Source of the DNA: Eledone cirrhosa
Taxonomy: Eukaryota
Assembly (NCBI GenBank): GCA_964016885.1
Contig: OZ024745.1
Coordinates: 71,548,001-71,612,000, forward strand
Length of the DNA: 64,000 nucleotides
Direction: 5' to 3'
The notes under the pieces were generated by a model that was given only the letters and a program-made list of their open reading frames with translations, made no database searches and had not been told where the DNA came from. A program made the position numbers and the translations under genes. Shown here piece by piece: positions 52,094 to 64,000 of this stretch (position 1 is its first letter; every line of letters starts with the position of its first letter).

Positions 52094-52175
52094 TACAGGA
52101 CTAGAACTATTTCCTGTTTCATTCGTAAGAAATCATCATATGATTTCTTACGAATGAATCAGTGCTAGTCCTGTA
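52094..52175. repeat. Third, decayed copy of the palindromic hammerhead element (in dynamin intron 1)
   Basis: Arms tacaggactag..ttcattcgtaagaaatcat and atgatttcttacgaatgaa..ctagtcctgta. The central CUG of the core is lost. Confidence 0.6.
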
Positions 52176-52214
52176 ATCATTCCTATGATAAAATAAATAT
52201 ATGTGTGTGTGTAT

Positions 52215-52250
<36 letters not shown>

Positions 52251-54497
52251 ATTCATTTTATTAAGGCTAAACAGTGAGTCTTGTTACTCTGGATTTAGAC
52301 TAAATAAAAATGAATATTAAAACTCTTTCGGTATTGAGTACACTTTTCTCTCACCCGTCAACCACATACGGATATATATATAATGATAAACGTAAAACGG
52401 TTTAGATATTTATATGATATGTAATATATATAATTATATATAATGATTTATAATATATCTTTTATTTTTGGTATTGATGGCTATTTGAAGGTGGGGTTGG
52501 GGTCACAATATGATTATTTCTTAAAATACTTAATTTTATGAAGAAAAAAAAAAAACAAGCTCTAACATGGTAGCAGTGTGTGATTTGTAATATATAATGC
52601 ATGCACGCACACATACAAATGAAACATACATATGTGTATAGATACACACACGCGTACATATGTATATATAGTATAAACACAAATGTACATATGTATGTAC
52701 ACGCGCGCGCACATACATATGCTTATTTGCATGGGTGTGCATGAATGTATGTATAATATCATGTTTCTTTAAACTTTGATACCTTCTAGTAGATAAAATG
52801 CGATGACATGCATGGACGAAAACCAAAGATCCCATGACATCCAATCACCCCCACCCCCACCGCCTAATTATTATTATTTTATGTGGCCCTTGGCTAATCT
52901 TGATCGAACAGTCCAGGTAAGGAAGGGTAATTAGTATTTGAGGGAGATTTGGCTGTAGTTTCTTGCAGGTCGAGTGACCATGTAGAGGTTTCTTCGTTGG
53001 CTTGGTGTAGCAGAAATGATAGCAATCGCAATGCAAATTTTAGTTTTCGTCCCCTATAGGCTATGAGTTCAAATTATTCCTGGGTCGGATCGATAAACCT
53101 AGAGAACCAGTAATACACCAAGGTTGATTCACTCTGTCACATTGCTCTTAAACAAATTTATATCGTTGTAGTTTGAAGGGAAATCATTATTAAACAGTAT
53201 TGGGGGTCGATTTAGTTGACTTTTCTACCCCGTCAAATTACTGAACTTTTGCCTAAATTAGAAACCGTTATTATTATTGGCAGAGGCTTTAGAGCGTCGG
53301 ATAAACGCGTAGCAGTCTCTTTACGTTCTGAGTTCAAATTCAGCTGTGGTCAACATTGCTTTTCATCTTTACGGGGGTCGATAAAATAAAGCACCAGTAA
53401 TGAACCGAGGTCGATTTAATCGACCTCCTCCCCTATTGTTGCCCTTGTGCCTAATTTAGAAACCATTATTAGTGAGGTGCTGTAGTGATAGATTAATATC
53501 TAGTTTTGTCCTACGTTTTGAGTCTAAAAAAAATCGCACCTGTTTTACTTTCCGTTTTATCAATCCGATAAGGTTGGTGGAGTATCTGTAAAATATATAT
53601 CAGTAACATACGAGGGTACAGTCAATCGATCATATCGATCATTTCTAAGTTTGTAGCTCTGTGCTAAAGTTAGATCTCATTATGATGGTTGGTCACCACT
53701 GCCACTGCCATTATTAAAATGGTCACCACCCTAATAATAATAATGTTGATGAACTCATTATTATTTGAGTGGTCCTAGCTTGAAGCACTTCACAGCACCA
53801 CCCACGTTGCTTGGTGTCCTTGAGACCAGGCATGAATGTCACAATTTGCTATAAACCCATCTTCTTCGATATATTTTTAAATGCATTATGTATAAATCAA
53901 CAAAATGAACTAATCAAAACAACATAAGCATTGTCTGCAGAAGACCGAACTAAGTCTACCCATTGATCTATGCTGAATGGCAGCTGAAGTTAACATTCCA
54001 CTAGATATGTACCAGTAATATATTGAGGACGGGAGATTATCAACTGTTCTCGCCCACACTCCTCATACAACCCCCACCCCCCACAAAAAACGGCCTCGTT
54101 TCTAAGAAAGAAATCAATATTGATGATCATTTGTCGATAATATTATATTACATGTCTTAATAATATTCACTGAAAGGGGGCGTTACCTTTGTATATCGTT
54201 AATCGATGATTACTGTTGTTGTTAACATCGTTAATTGCATCGAAATTTAGCTTCGTCTTAAATTTAATTAATGACCGCACACTAAAATTTCATGTATATT
54301 TTACATTTCACTGGTCTTTTGATGACATCTTAGGGAGAAATAGAATGCTTACAGAAAGATATTTAGGATCTTTATTCAGTTGACTTCCGCACTTTTTGAT
54401 GGCTTATATAATTTCTACTACCATCAGCAAGCACTGCTACTTGTTAGATCTATTAACATTTGTTGTGTTTCAAATATACACACATTCTGTATGTGTG

Positions 54498-54534
<37 letters not shown>

Positions 54535-56609
54535 GTTAATGTTGGATTGTAGATTTATTGGTATAAAAATAACAAACTTCCCGACGAGTTGACTATATAC
54601 ATGTAGCAGTCTACACTACACTACACACACACACACACGTTTATATATAATTAATGTAATGTAATATATAATATTGTAGATTTATAGGTATAAAAATATC
54701 ATTTACTGAGGTGACTCGTAATGTATTTATTATATGTTGTATTTGTATCTTGGTTGAATGGTATTCAAATTTCGTTTGAGCCAACGGCTAATTCATCCAG
54801 ACTCGGAAAACTCGAGTACGGCCAACCAAGATACACACACATAAAAATATATATATATATATATATACAGATATGTGTGTGTATTGGAGCACACCTTGTT
54901 TCCCTTTTGACTCATTTAGCACACGTGATTTAGTTGTCACGTTATGTATCCAAATATATGTATGTTCTTTTCCAATTCTGCTGTTCATGTGTTATTACTG
55001 TTCGAAAGATCGATCGATCGAACTTAATGGGTTTTTTTTTTTTCTACAACGAACTACTGAAAAATTCTGTTAATATTTCAGTAAAGTTCCTCTCGTATAA
55101 ACTTCTAATTATACAGAATCTCTCTTCCTACATATCTCTGTTTCTGTTTCTCTTATTTGAAGACATATTCTCTCATTGATTATATGTTTTTAGAAAGGAA
55201 CGACGATTAAAGCCACAAGAGCTTACTGGTAGATTCTATTTTTGGAAATTATCTATTTTGTGGCTTTTTCTTCTTCTTTTTTTACTCAAACCATTTCACT
55301 TCCGTAAGGTACGACTCAAGTTTTATCAGAACATTAGCTTTATAATTTATCCCTCTAAGGAAAAATCTGAATGATTTTTTGTGGGGTGGTGGATGGGGAA
55401 AGTCTACAATAATAATAATTTCTAATTTAGACACAAGACCAATAATTTGGTGTGTGTGGAAAGTCGATTATATCGACACCGTACTTAACTGGGACTCATT
55501 TTATTGCCCTCTTATTTGACTGGTACTGTATTTAATCCCCCCACCCCCCAGAATGAAAGGCAAAGTTGGCCTTGGCGTGATTTGAAATTAGAATGGAATG
55601 GGCCGGAACATACCTAAAAACACCTTTCCAACGCTCTAACATGTCTGCCAATCCACCAATGTAGTAGTAGTAGTAGTAGTAGACTCTAATTTAGGCATAT
55701 GGCCAGCAATTTAGGGGAGGGGAAAGTCGATTAAATCGAACCTACTATTTGACTGGTACTTTAGGCCCCGGATGGATGGTTAAAAAGCAAAGACGACCTC
55801 GGTGGGATTTGAGGTCAACTAAGCCATTCAACCTTCCGGGATCGACAAAATAAAATACTGAGGACGGTATATATAAAAACCACCACCGCCACCACCATTA
55901 TTATTATTGGCAGAATCGATCGAGCGTCGGACAAAATGCTTTACGAAAGTTTTCTTTTGCTTCATGCGTAGATGTCTATGGATTTTTAGCGATTGATTAT
56001 CACATGTCTAAATGAAGTATCGATAAATTTGAAATATTAACTAACTCGAATGTGATGTAATAATTTCTCTTAAGTTATACATTAAACAGATTGGTAATCT
56101 GGTTTATTATAAATTCTAAAGAACACCAAATGTCAAAATTTACCAAAAATTATAAATTCGGTTACGTATAAATGATATCTTAAAAAAGCCATGTTGAATA
56201 AGTTAGATAAATATGTTTTATATAAATAGAATATTATGTTATATATATTTATAGTTTATCTATTATATATTATAGTTGTTATATATTATATATATATGCT
56301 ATATAAATATATTATGTAGATATCTGTGTGAGGTACTGGTAGCTGTCGCTTATTTTGTGCATATTTAATTTTATATTTGGTATTTCCTTTTAAATATTGA
56401 TTTAAACGAAATATGACATATTCGAAGCTGTTATTGTTGTTTAGCTCTAAGTCAGTACCGATAGAGCAGGTCTATGATGATGAGAAGCATTCCAGCCGTG
56501 ATCATCCCGTATTTTTACTCCTGAGGATGTTGGACTTATAATCATAAGTTCGTTAGTTCAGTTCCTGAATCGGGCGGCGTTTCGTGTTCTTGAACAAGAC
56601 ACTTCATTT

Positions 56610-56740
56610 CAGTTGCTTTTAATGATATCGCTGGGGTCCCTATCATTACCCCCCCCCCCCAAAAAAAAAAACTTCCTATGAGGTACAACCTCGTAGGAGG
56701 TCAGCTAAACCTGCATAGCTGTGAGTTGTAAATTTCACTT
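56610..56740 (+). repeat. Local repeat in dynamin intron 1 (further copies about 58745-58860 and 60220-60310)
   Basis: Shared aaaa.acttc.t.tgag.ta.aa.ct.gtag.a.gccagctaaa.ctgca.ag.tgtgag.tgtaa.tt. The first two copies follow a family B SINE head. Confidence 0.65.
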
Positions 56741-58019
56741 TTCTTTAGTGGGAAACATTTAAGGGAGATTTAGCTGCTATTTTTAGCTGAGCAGATGATT
56801 ATATAAAAGGTCGCTCGTTAGTGCGTTGATTTGATCGTTAAACATTTTTAATCGTTGCACACATTAAAAAGGAGCAATTTTCCAGTTCCTTTTAAATTAT
56901 AGTAAACTTTTTCAGGGATATTAAAATATTGCATTACCTCCCACCCCTGTGAAGCTGTTACTTGAGTTCGATTCCTGGACTGGACATGACTTTTTGTGTC
57001 CTTGGGTGAGGTATCTTATTTCACATTGCTCCAGTCCACTCACCTGAAATGTACCAGCAGCTGGAGTTTGTGATGCACTGCTGCCCTGTACTCTCTCACA
57101 TATTGCAACATGAAACCTGGATAAGCTCCAGACTTCAAAACCATGTAAGTGGACGTAAAACCAATAGGGGAAAAAAAAAAAAAAAAATAGAAGTTACTCT
57201 CCACGACTCTCTTTTGTCATAAAATGGATTCTTCAGTTAAGTGAACTAAAATATCATCGTTTAACGTCAACTTTCCATTTTGCATGGGTTAGACGGGTTG
57301 TCACATTATGAGACAAGTCAGGTCCAGAGACCATGTCTTGTTCTTACGGATCTGTTTTATTTTATTAATTAAAAATATTTGTGCTATCTTGAATATGATA
57401 TGAAATTTAGAACTCGCATCTATGCAGGTGTAACTGGCCTTCTACAAGTTTGTATCTTATAGGATGTTTCTTGAGTGTTTTAATGATAAGGGCCTCAGTT
57501 CTATCTAGGAAAAGTAATGTGAAATGAAGCATCTTGCTGAAGAACACGGTGCGTCACCAAGTCCAGTGTTTGAACCCACAACCTTATGATTATGAGCCCA
57601 CTATCCTAACCACTAGGTCATAGGCCTTTAATATATTCTGTAATGTATAATCATCACATCTCTTCTATCTTGCAGGTGGTTAGAAAACCTTATTAGTGTT
57701 AGTTAAGTCAAACCTAGTCCATCATCATCCTTGAATCTTCACTTCTATGCTGGTATGAGTTGGACAGGTTCCCACCATCTCAGACAAGACAGGTTTAAGA
57801 ACCACATCTTGCTCGTACATTCTATATTTGTTAGGGTTGTTGTGGCTGGATGCCCTTCCTAATGCTAATTACTTTACTGTATGTATTCAGTGCATTTTAG
57901 CATGGCACCAGCACTACCACTTTAGTGTGTATTTTATTATGGCAAGGTTTGAGAACCATGTCATACTTGTATGTTCCATATTTATGGTATGTGTGGTTGG
58001 ATGCCCCTTCTTAATACCA

Positions 58020-58382
58020 ATTTACTGTGTGTATTCAGTGTATTTTCTCGTACACCAGTACTACTAATTTACAGTGTACTGGTTGCATTTTATCATGGTT
58101 TCAGCATTACTATCTTACAGAGTGTGCCAGATGCATTTCATCATGGCACCAACACTACCACTTTTCAGAGTGTATTAGGTGCATTTTATTATGGCACTAC
58201 CACTTTTCAGGGTGTATTAGGTGCATTTTATTATGGCATCAGCACTACCACTTTTCAGAGTGTACTGAGTGCATTTTATTGTGGTTTCAGTACTACCACT
58301 TTGCAGTGTGCTGGATGCATTTTATCATGACACCAGCACTACCACTTTACAGAGTGTACTGGGTGCATTTTATGACACCAGT
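58020..58382. repeat. Related ~48-bp minisatellite, about 7 copies, within a family C SINE
   Basis: Unit approximately tttcagagtgtattaggtgcattttattatggcaccagcactaccact. Confidence 0.85.
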
Positions 58383-58879
58383 ATGTCAACCCATATTATG
58401 AATTTTACATTCTTTTAGGCTATTGTTGCTCTGTTATGTAACATTTTTCAACCTCCTGTTCAAAAGACTATGGAAGGGACAAACCTCATTTAATTGATGT
58501 ATTTAGGTCATATTTATATGTATATTTCATATCTATATTTTAGATTAAAAAATTTTTTTTTTAAACTTGATTAAACTTGATTTTTTAAAACTTGATTAAA
58601 CTTGATTTTTTAAAACTTGATTTAATGTGAAGGTGTGTAGCTTAGTTGTTAGGGTGTTGGACTCATGATCATTAGCTATGGGTTCAATTCCTGGACTAGC
58701 AGTGCATTGTGTTCTTGGGTAAGATGCATAATTTCTCATTGATTTTCATGATAGGACTAAGACCCCTATCATTAAAACACCCAAAACACTTCTTGTGAGA
58801 TATAATCTCTTAGGAAGCCAGCTAAATCTGCACAGATGTAAGCTGTAATTCATTTCAATTCTGTCGTTAGGTTTTCACT

Positions 58880-59065
58880 GCCATTGGCAGTATCGGTAGA
58901 GTTGGACGCCATGCTTTGACGCATAGAGTTACGGCCCTTGCCATTCTGAGTTCAAATCCCGCCGAGGTTAACTTTGCCTTTCATCCTTACGGGGGTCGAT
59001 AAAATAAAGTACCAGTAATGCGCTGGGATAATTGCTGGCCTTATGCCAAAAAGTAGAAACAATTA
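58880..59065 (+). mobile_element. SINE family A, young representative copy (more than 20 copies in window, e.g. 3205-3360, 6200-6405, 11510-11720, 15780-16010, 20700-20845, 27612-27790, 53270-53470, 55415-55950, 59248-59360)
   Basis: Recurrent ggcag.atcg.tagag..tcggac...ctgagttcaaatcccgccgagg(B-box-like)..tttcatcc..ggggtcgataaaataaagtaccagt..gctggccttgtgcc.aaa.tagaaacaatt. Confidence 0.85.
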
Positions 59066-60924
59066 TGTGAAATATGCATGATATTCCTGATTAACACCTT
59101 GTATTAACATAATTTTTGTTTAGCACGCATATCTTACCGTTCTTGGTCTGGCTCCCCCTCAGGTTAAGGTAGCAAAATGCTTATTCCACCATTTAAAGCT
59201 AACGTGTGATGATTATATATATATATATATATATATAATCATCACCAGTTCAAATCCCGCCGAGGTTGACTTTGCCTTTCATCCTTACGGGGGTCGATAA
59301 AATAAAGTACCAGTAATGCACTGGGTATTTGCTGGCCTTGTGCCTAAAGTAGAAACAATTATATATATATATAATCAACATTATCTAACATCTGAGTTCT
59401 TTGCTGACAAGTGTTGGACAAGTTGTCACAACCCAATTAGAGCTATTGTCCTCCTAGACATGTTAGGGACAATTTCTCACTCATACATTCTGATTTTGGT
59501 ATGATTTCTACAGTTGGGTGCCTTTCCTATCACCAACTGCTTTATAGAGTGTACTGAATGCATTTTATCATCAACATTAGCCCCAACACTTGGTTGTCAT
59601 CTCCTTGGCACAACTAAGAACCTTCTTCTTGGCTCTTTGTTTGGCATGGTTGCTATAACTGAATGCCCTTCCTAACAGCAATGCTATATATATATATATT
59701 CATATGTATATTTATATATGTAACTCACTCTTCTTCCTCCAAGCATGAAACTAATACAACTTCATGTTATTGCAAACTCTTGTTTTTATTTCCTATATTT
59801 ATATATTTATATATATCATCATCATTGTTTAAAGTCCATTTTTCCACGCTAGCATGGATATATATAAATATATATTTGTGTGTGGGAGAGTGGCAGTACT
59901 GTATTCTAACCAGCATCACAATATATTTAGCTAGTGAATGATGAGAGGAAACGTACTGTTTTACTCTTAACACTTATCTCACTACTTTGTATATCCCTTT
60001 TGGTGTTATTTATTATTGTTCACTCATATGATTAAATCAACAACAAACAGGGCCCAATGTTATATCTACATAAACAGCACTAGCAGTATTCTTTCTGACT
60101 CAATTTGAAGTATGACTTATCGACTTATGATTAATAAACTACAGTTAATGAAGTCTGCTCAAAATAACTACTATTGATACATTTGTCATTACCAGCGCAA
60201 GTTGTTTCTATTATGTTACCTTTCATTAAAACATCAAAAAAACTTCCTATGAGATACAACCTTGTAAAAGGCCAGCTAAATCTACATAGATGTGAGCTGT
60301 AAATTTAATTTTTCATTTTTACCAGAAGAAAAGATAGCTTAAATCTTTTTATACTAAACTGCATAAAACAAACCCTTATTCTTTGAAGAGTTTATATTTA
60401 TCTAAAAACCTTCCATCATTTTTTGTAAGAACCTCCTTTAAGTATGTCCCAACCATCAGCTAGATAAGAATGTTATTTTACTAAATCCTTCTCAATTCTT
60501 GATTATTTTCAAAACTATTTTAAAATTGTAGGCAATGCTCTGTATTAGAAATATGGAAAGAAAAGTGTTAAAGTGTTTATATTTTATCTAAAAACCTTTC
60601 ATCATAATTTTAAGAACCTTTATTGCTCCAAACACCAGCTTGACAATAAGATAGTTGTATGCTATCGTGGAAAGTGGACATTAAATGATGATGATGATTT
60701 TACTAAATCTTTCCAAATTCTTGATTATTTTCTAAATGTTTTGAAAATAACAAGCAATGTCTTTCATTAGCGGATGAACTACAAAACTCCAAGAGTTCAG
60801 CTCTCTTGAATATTCAGTAAGCCATTGACTGATTCATTAAACATGTCCTTGACATCCAAATATCTGAAGAGACTTGTTCATAAATTCATGCTTGCTGTGT
60901 GTTTATAATAAGAATATCGTGTAG

Positions 60925-61275
60925 GTGTCACGACAAAAAAACACACAGTCCACGCTGTAATGTGGCCGTGTAGGCAACACGGTAAAAACCTCCCAGTCCC
61001 ACACTGTAAATGTGGTTGGTGTTAGGAAGGGCATCCAGCTGTAGAAAACCCGCCAGACAGTCCACGCTGTAATGTGGCCGTGTAGGCAACACAGTAAAAA
61101 CCTCCCAGCCCCACACTGTAAATGTGGTTGGTGTTAGGAAGGGCATCCAGCTGTAGAAAACCCGCCAGACAGACCTATGCGAGCAAGACAACCACTCTTG
61201 CCTCAAGTGGGAAAACCCCCGTCCAAACCCATGTAAGCGTGGAACAGGGACGTTAAACGATGATGATGATGATGA
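60925..61275 (+). mobile_element. SINE family C with RTE-type (TGA)n tail and an internal 112-bp tandem duplication (other copies about 2732-2945, 15225-15440, 33305-33560, 43550-43850, 46500-46950, 57720-58380, 61337-61540)
   Basis: Recurrent tggttggtgttaggaagggcatccagctgtagaaa..gagcaagaca..aacccatg..gacgttaaacgatgatg. The duplication has a 112-bp period at 60946, 61058 and 61170. Confidence 0.8.
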
Positions 61276-61287
61276 TACCCATGCATA

Positions 61288-61334
<47 letters not shown>

Positions 61335-61759
61335 ATATCATCATCACCGTTTAACGTCTATTTTTCTACACTAGCATAGGTTAGACGAGTTGTTGAGATG
61401 TGAACCAAGCCAGATCTGATAGCTGATTTTAGTTTGGTTTCTATGGCTGGATGCCCTTCCCCATGCCAACCACATTTCCAGTGTGGACAGTGCTTTTTGT
61501 TTGTGACATTTACATGGCCACTTTATAGTGTGGACTGGGGTGGGGAGGTGCATGGAGATTGGCGAGGTAGATCTAAGGTGGGGCACTTATCAAGGGAGGG
61601 ATGTTAGGATGTTGGAGGTGTATGGCAAGGGGAAGTAAGGGAGAGTAGTGTGTACTAAAAGGATGCTTTAACCAGTACACATGGGAAGGTGTATTACTGT
61701 ATTACTGCATTACTGTATTACTGCATAAGGCCAAGAATCTCAATCTTGTGTCATCACCT

Positions 61760-63420
61760 TTGAGAGGTGTAATTGTACAATTTCAGCTTTTACCGCTTTA
61801 TCCCAAGTGCCCTGCATCTTTTATACAGCTGTCATCCTGTATACACAACACATGTCCATACCGATGCAATCTCCTCTCCTGCACACTGCATTTGATACTT
61901 CTTATACCTAATTTCTCTCTCACTTCATTTATGTGTTGCTGTTCATGTGTTATTTTACAAATCCATCAAAGCATGCAAGCTTCATGTCTTTCCAATGTTC
62001 GCAGGTCCTCTGCACACACCGCCCAGGTCTCACTACCATGTAACATTGTTGTTCGTAAACACACATCTCTCCTTCATTTTGAGGGAAAAACCTTTTGTAG
62101 CTAGCAATGGCAGTAGCTCCCTGAACCTTTTCCTTCCCATTCTCACTCCGGCTACTGTATTTTCGGCACACACACCTCCATGGCTAATTTGGTTACCCAG
62201 GTAGCAAAACTCAACTGCTTCTATAGATTTTTCCAAGAATTTGATTGCATTTGTTTCCTGCGAGTGTTTGTTACTTATTGCTCCTGTGCAAGGCCACAAA
62301 TAAAATCTGAAAGCCCACTACATCTCTTTACCCATAGCTTGAATTTGGGGCAGAGGATGGAATTTCTACCCACCCCTTTTTTACACACTGAGCAGGGCCT
62401 TGTTTTCCTTACTACTTACTAGAACTTTGGTCTTTGCCAAGTTGACTTTAAGACCTTTTGATTCCAGGTTATACTTCCAGCTCAGAAATTTTTTCTCTAG
62501 TTTTGATATAGATTCAGCTATGAGAGTTAGATCATCAGCATACAGGAGTTCCCAAAGCATCCCGTTTTAAACTCTTCTGTTATAGCCTGGAGGATGATAA
62601 GGACCTTAACTTGCACACTAAACTCCTTGCTCTTGTCATTAACTTTAACCTTACTGACAGCACCTCAGTACATAGCTTATACTGCTCTTATTAGTCACTC
62701 TTTTACTCCTAGTTTCCTAAGTACCCACCAGCTTACTGAACGGGGGTCCCTGTCAAAAGCTTTCTCTAGGTCGACAAATGCTAAGTAGAGGGGGGGGGGG
62801 GGTTATTTTTAGCGAGTTACTTCTGCAATGGCCTCACAAGGAAGAGGGCATCTGTGGGGCTTTTTCCTTGCGCAAATCTGAACTGCATCTCATCTAGGTT
62901 ATTTCTATCCCTACTTAGTTGAACAATCACTCTTTCTGTAACTTTCATGACTTGGTCCATCAGTTTGATGCCATAGTAGTTCCCTCTGTCTAGTGCATCA
63001 CCTTTGTCCTTGTAGCAGTTGACACTGCTGCTGCTATGCCAGTCATTGAGTATAGCACTATTTTGTATTACTTGATTAACAATATAGGTGGTTATGGAGT
63101 ATTCTACCATCTCAAATGCTTTCTGCTGCTCTGCCTGTTTTCATGTCCTTAATGCCTTACTTACTACACTGCTATTAACGTGTATCTCTGGTCCCTCTGT
63201 AAGGTCCACCTGAGGCAGGCTATCTTCTCACACATTTTTCTCATTCATCAGTCTCTCATATTGATACTTCCATGCTGCCTTTATTTTGGTTTCAGTGAGG
63301 GCAAGTGCACCATTGTCATTAGGAACACACTTCTCTCCCTCAATATCACTATTGAATACACACAGCTAAGATCAAGAAAGGCCTAGAATGGCATTGTTAA
63401 ATCACAACTGAGGGTAATGG
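61760..63420 (-). mobile_element. Decayed RTE LINE (RT region) in dynamin intron 1
   Basis: Motifs KGDALDRGNY.GIKLMDQVMKV, EMQF.F..GKS.TDA.F, AFVDLEKAFD, WELLYADD, FCYLG and FRELLPLL, with multiple frameshifts. Confidence 0.85.
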
Positions 63421-64000
63421 ACTTCACAATGACATTAAGGTTCATGAGAAGTGTTTCATCCTTGATCTGTCTAATTCACATTTAAAAAATGATAATGTTG
63501 ATGTATTAAATGTTATGGTTTAGATACAAGTTGTGATGCTTAATAGTTGGGTACACAAATCCTACTTCATTTTTCTTTATTTTTTTGATTAGTAAAAGAT
63601 ATGCTTATCTTAGATTTTTGACTAAGTACCAGCATAAAAAAGCAGACATAAAATTGATGCTGATGCTGACAATTAAGGCTTTCATGCATGATGAGTGCAG
63701 ATATTTGTGATAACCAATGGTTCTGTTATTGACCCTAATCTCATATTGATCCTCTGTACCACATTGAAATAAAGGTCATAGACAGCTTATTTGAAAATCC
63801 CATTATTAATCTATGCTTCCAACAATGTCATGTTACTTTTTTTTAATAAGAGAGGAGAAGGAGCAGTGTTCATGACCTTTGGAAGCCTTCTCAGACTGAT
63901 GAGATTTAGGTAGTTGGTGGATCTGTAAAATGACAGGAAGGGATTTCTAATTGGTTGAAGTTCTGACAAATAAAAACTAGGAAAGGTGCTTAGTATGTTA

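Noticed and set aside
57660-57720. Acceptor-like tcttctatcttgcag as dynamin exon 2
   Set aside because: The following sequence does not encode DFLPRGSGIVTRRP.
58630-58730. tRNA-like sequence with A/B boxes
   Set aside because: It is a SINE head that continues into SINE body and is degenerate. Not a tRNA gene.

Overview
AT-rich, repeat-dense animal genomic DNA. The SINE families, microsatellite load and gene style suggest an octopus or other coleoid cephalopod; this is inferred from the sequence, not from a database search. Two host genes are supportable and point away from each other. One is a minus-strand HSF5-like heat-shock-factor gene (coding exons 13708-12959 and 5325-5056, probable 5'UTR exon ending at 21826). 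The other is the first coding exon of a classical dynamin (50289-50452, + strand), whose intron 1 runs past the window end. The rest is mostly transposon debris: a nearly intact 5'-truncated CR1/L2-type LINE, several RTE fragments, Vingi-like, CRE-like and Penelope (GIY-YIG) fragments, a full-length DD37D maT/Tc1-mariner, a non-autonomous Helitron, a 733-bp foldback element with an 8-bp TSD, mariner- and piggyBac-type MITEs, and at least three SINE families. The most striking unexplained structure is a set of short palindromic elements carrying type I hammerhead-ribozyme motifs on both strands (3758-3889, 32123-32421, 32433-32537, 52094-52175), probably Penelope-derived or retrozyme-like. A CpG-depleted block at about 33-48 kb with splice-bounded segments may hide an unannotated transcription unit. 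No CRISPR array, rRNA or tRNA gene is supported.
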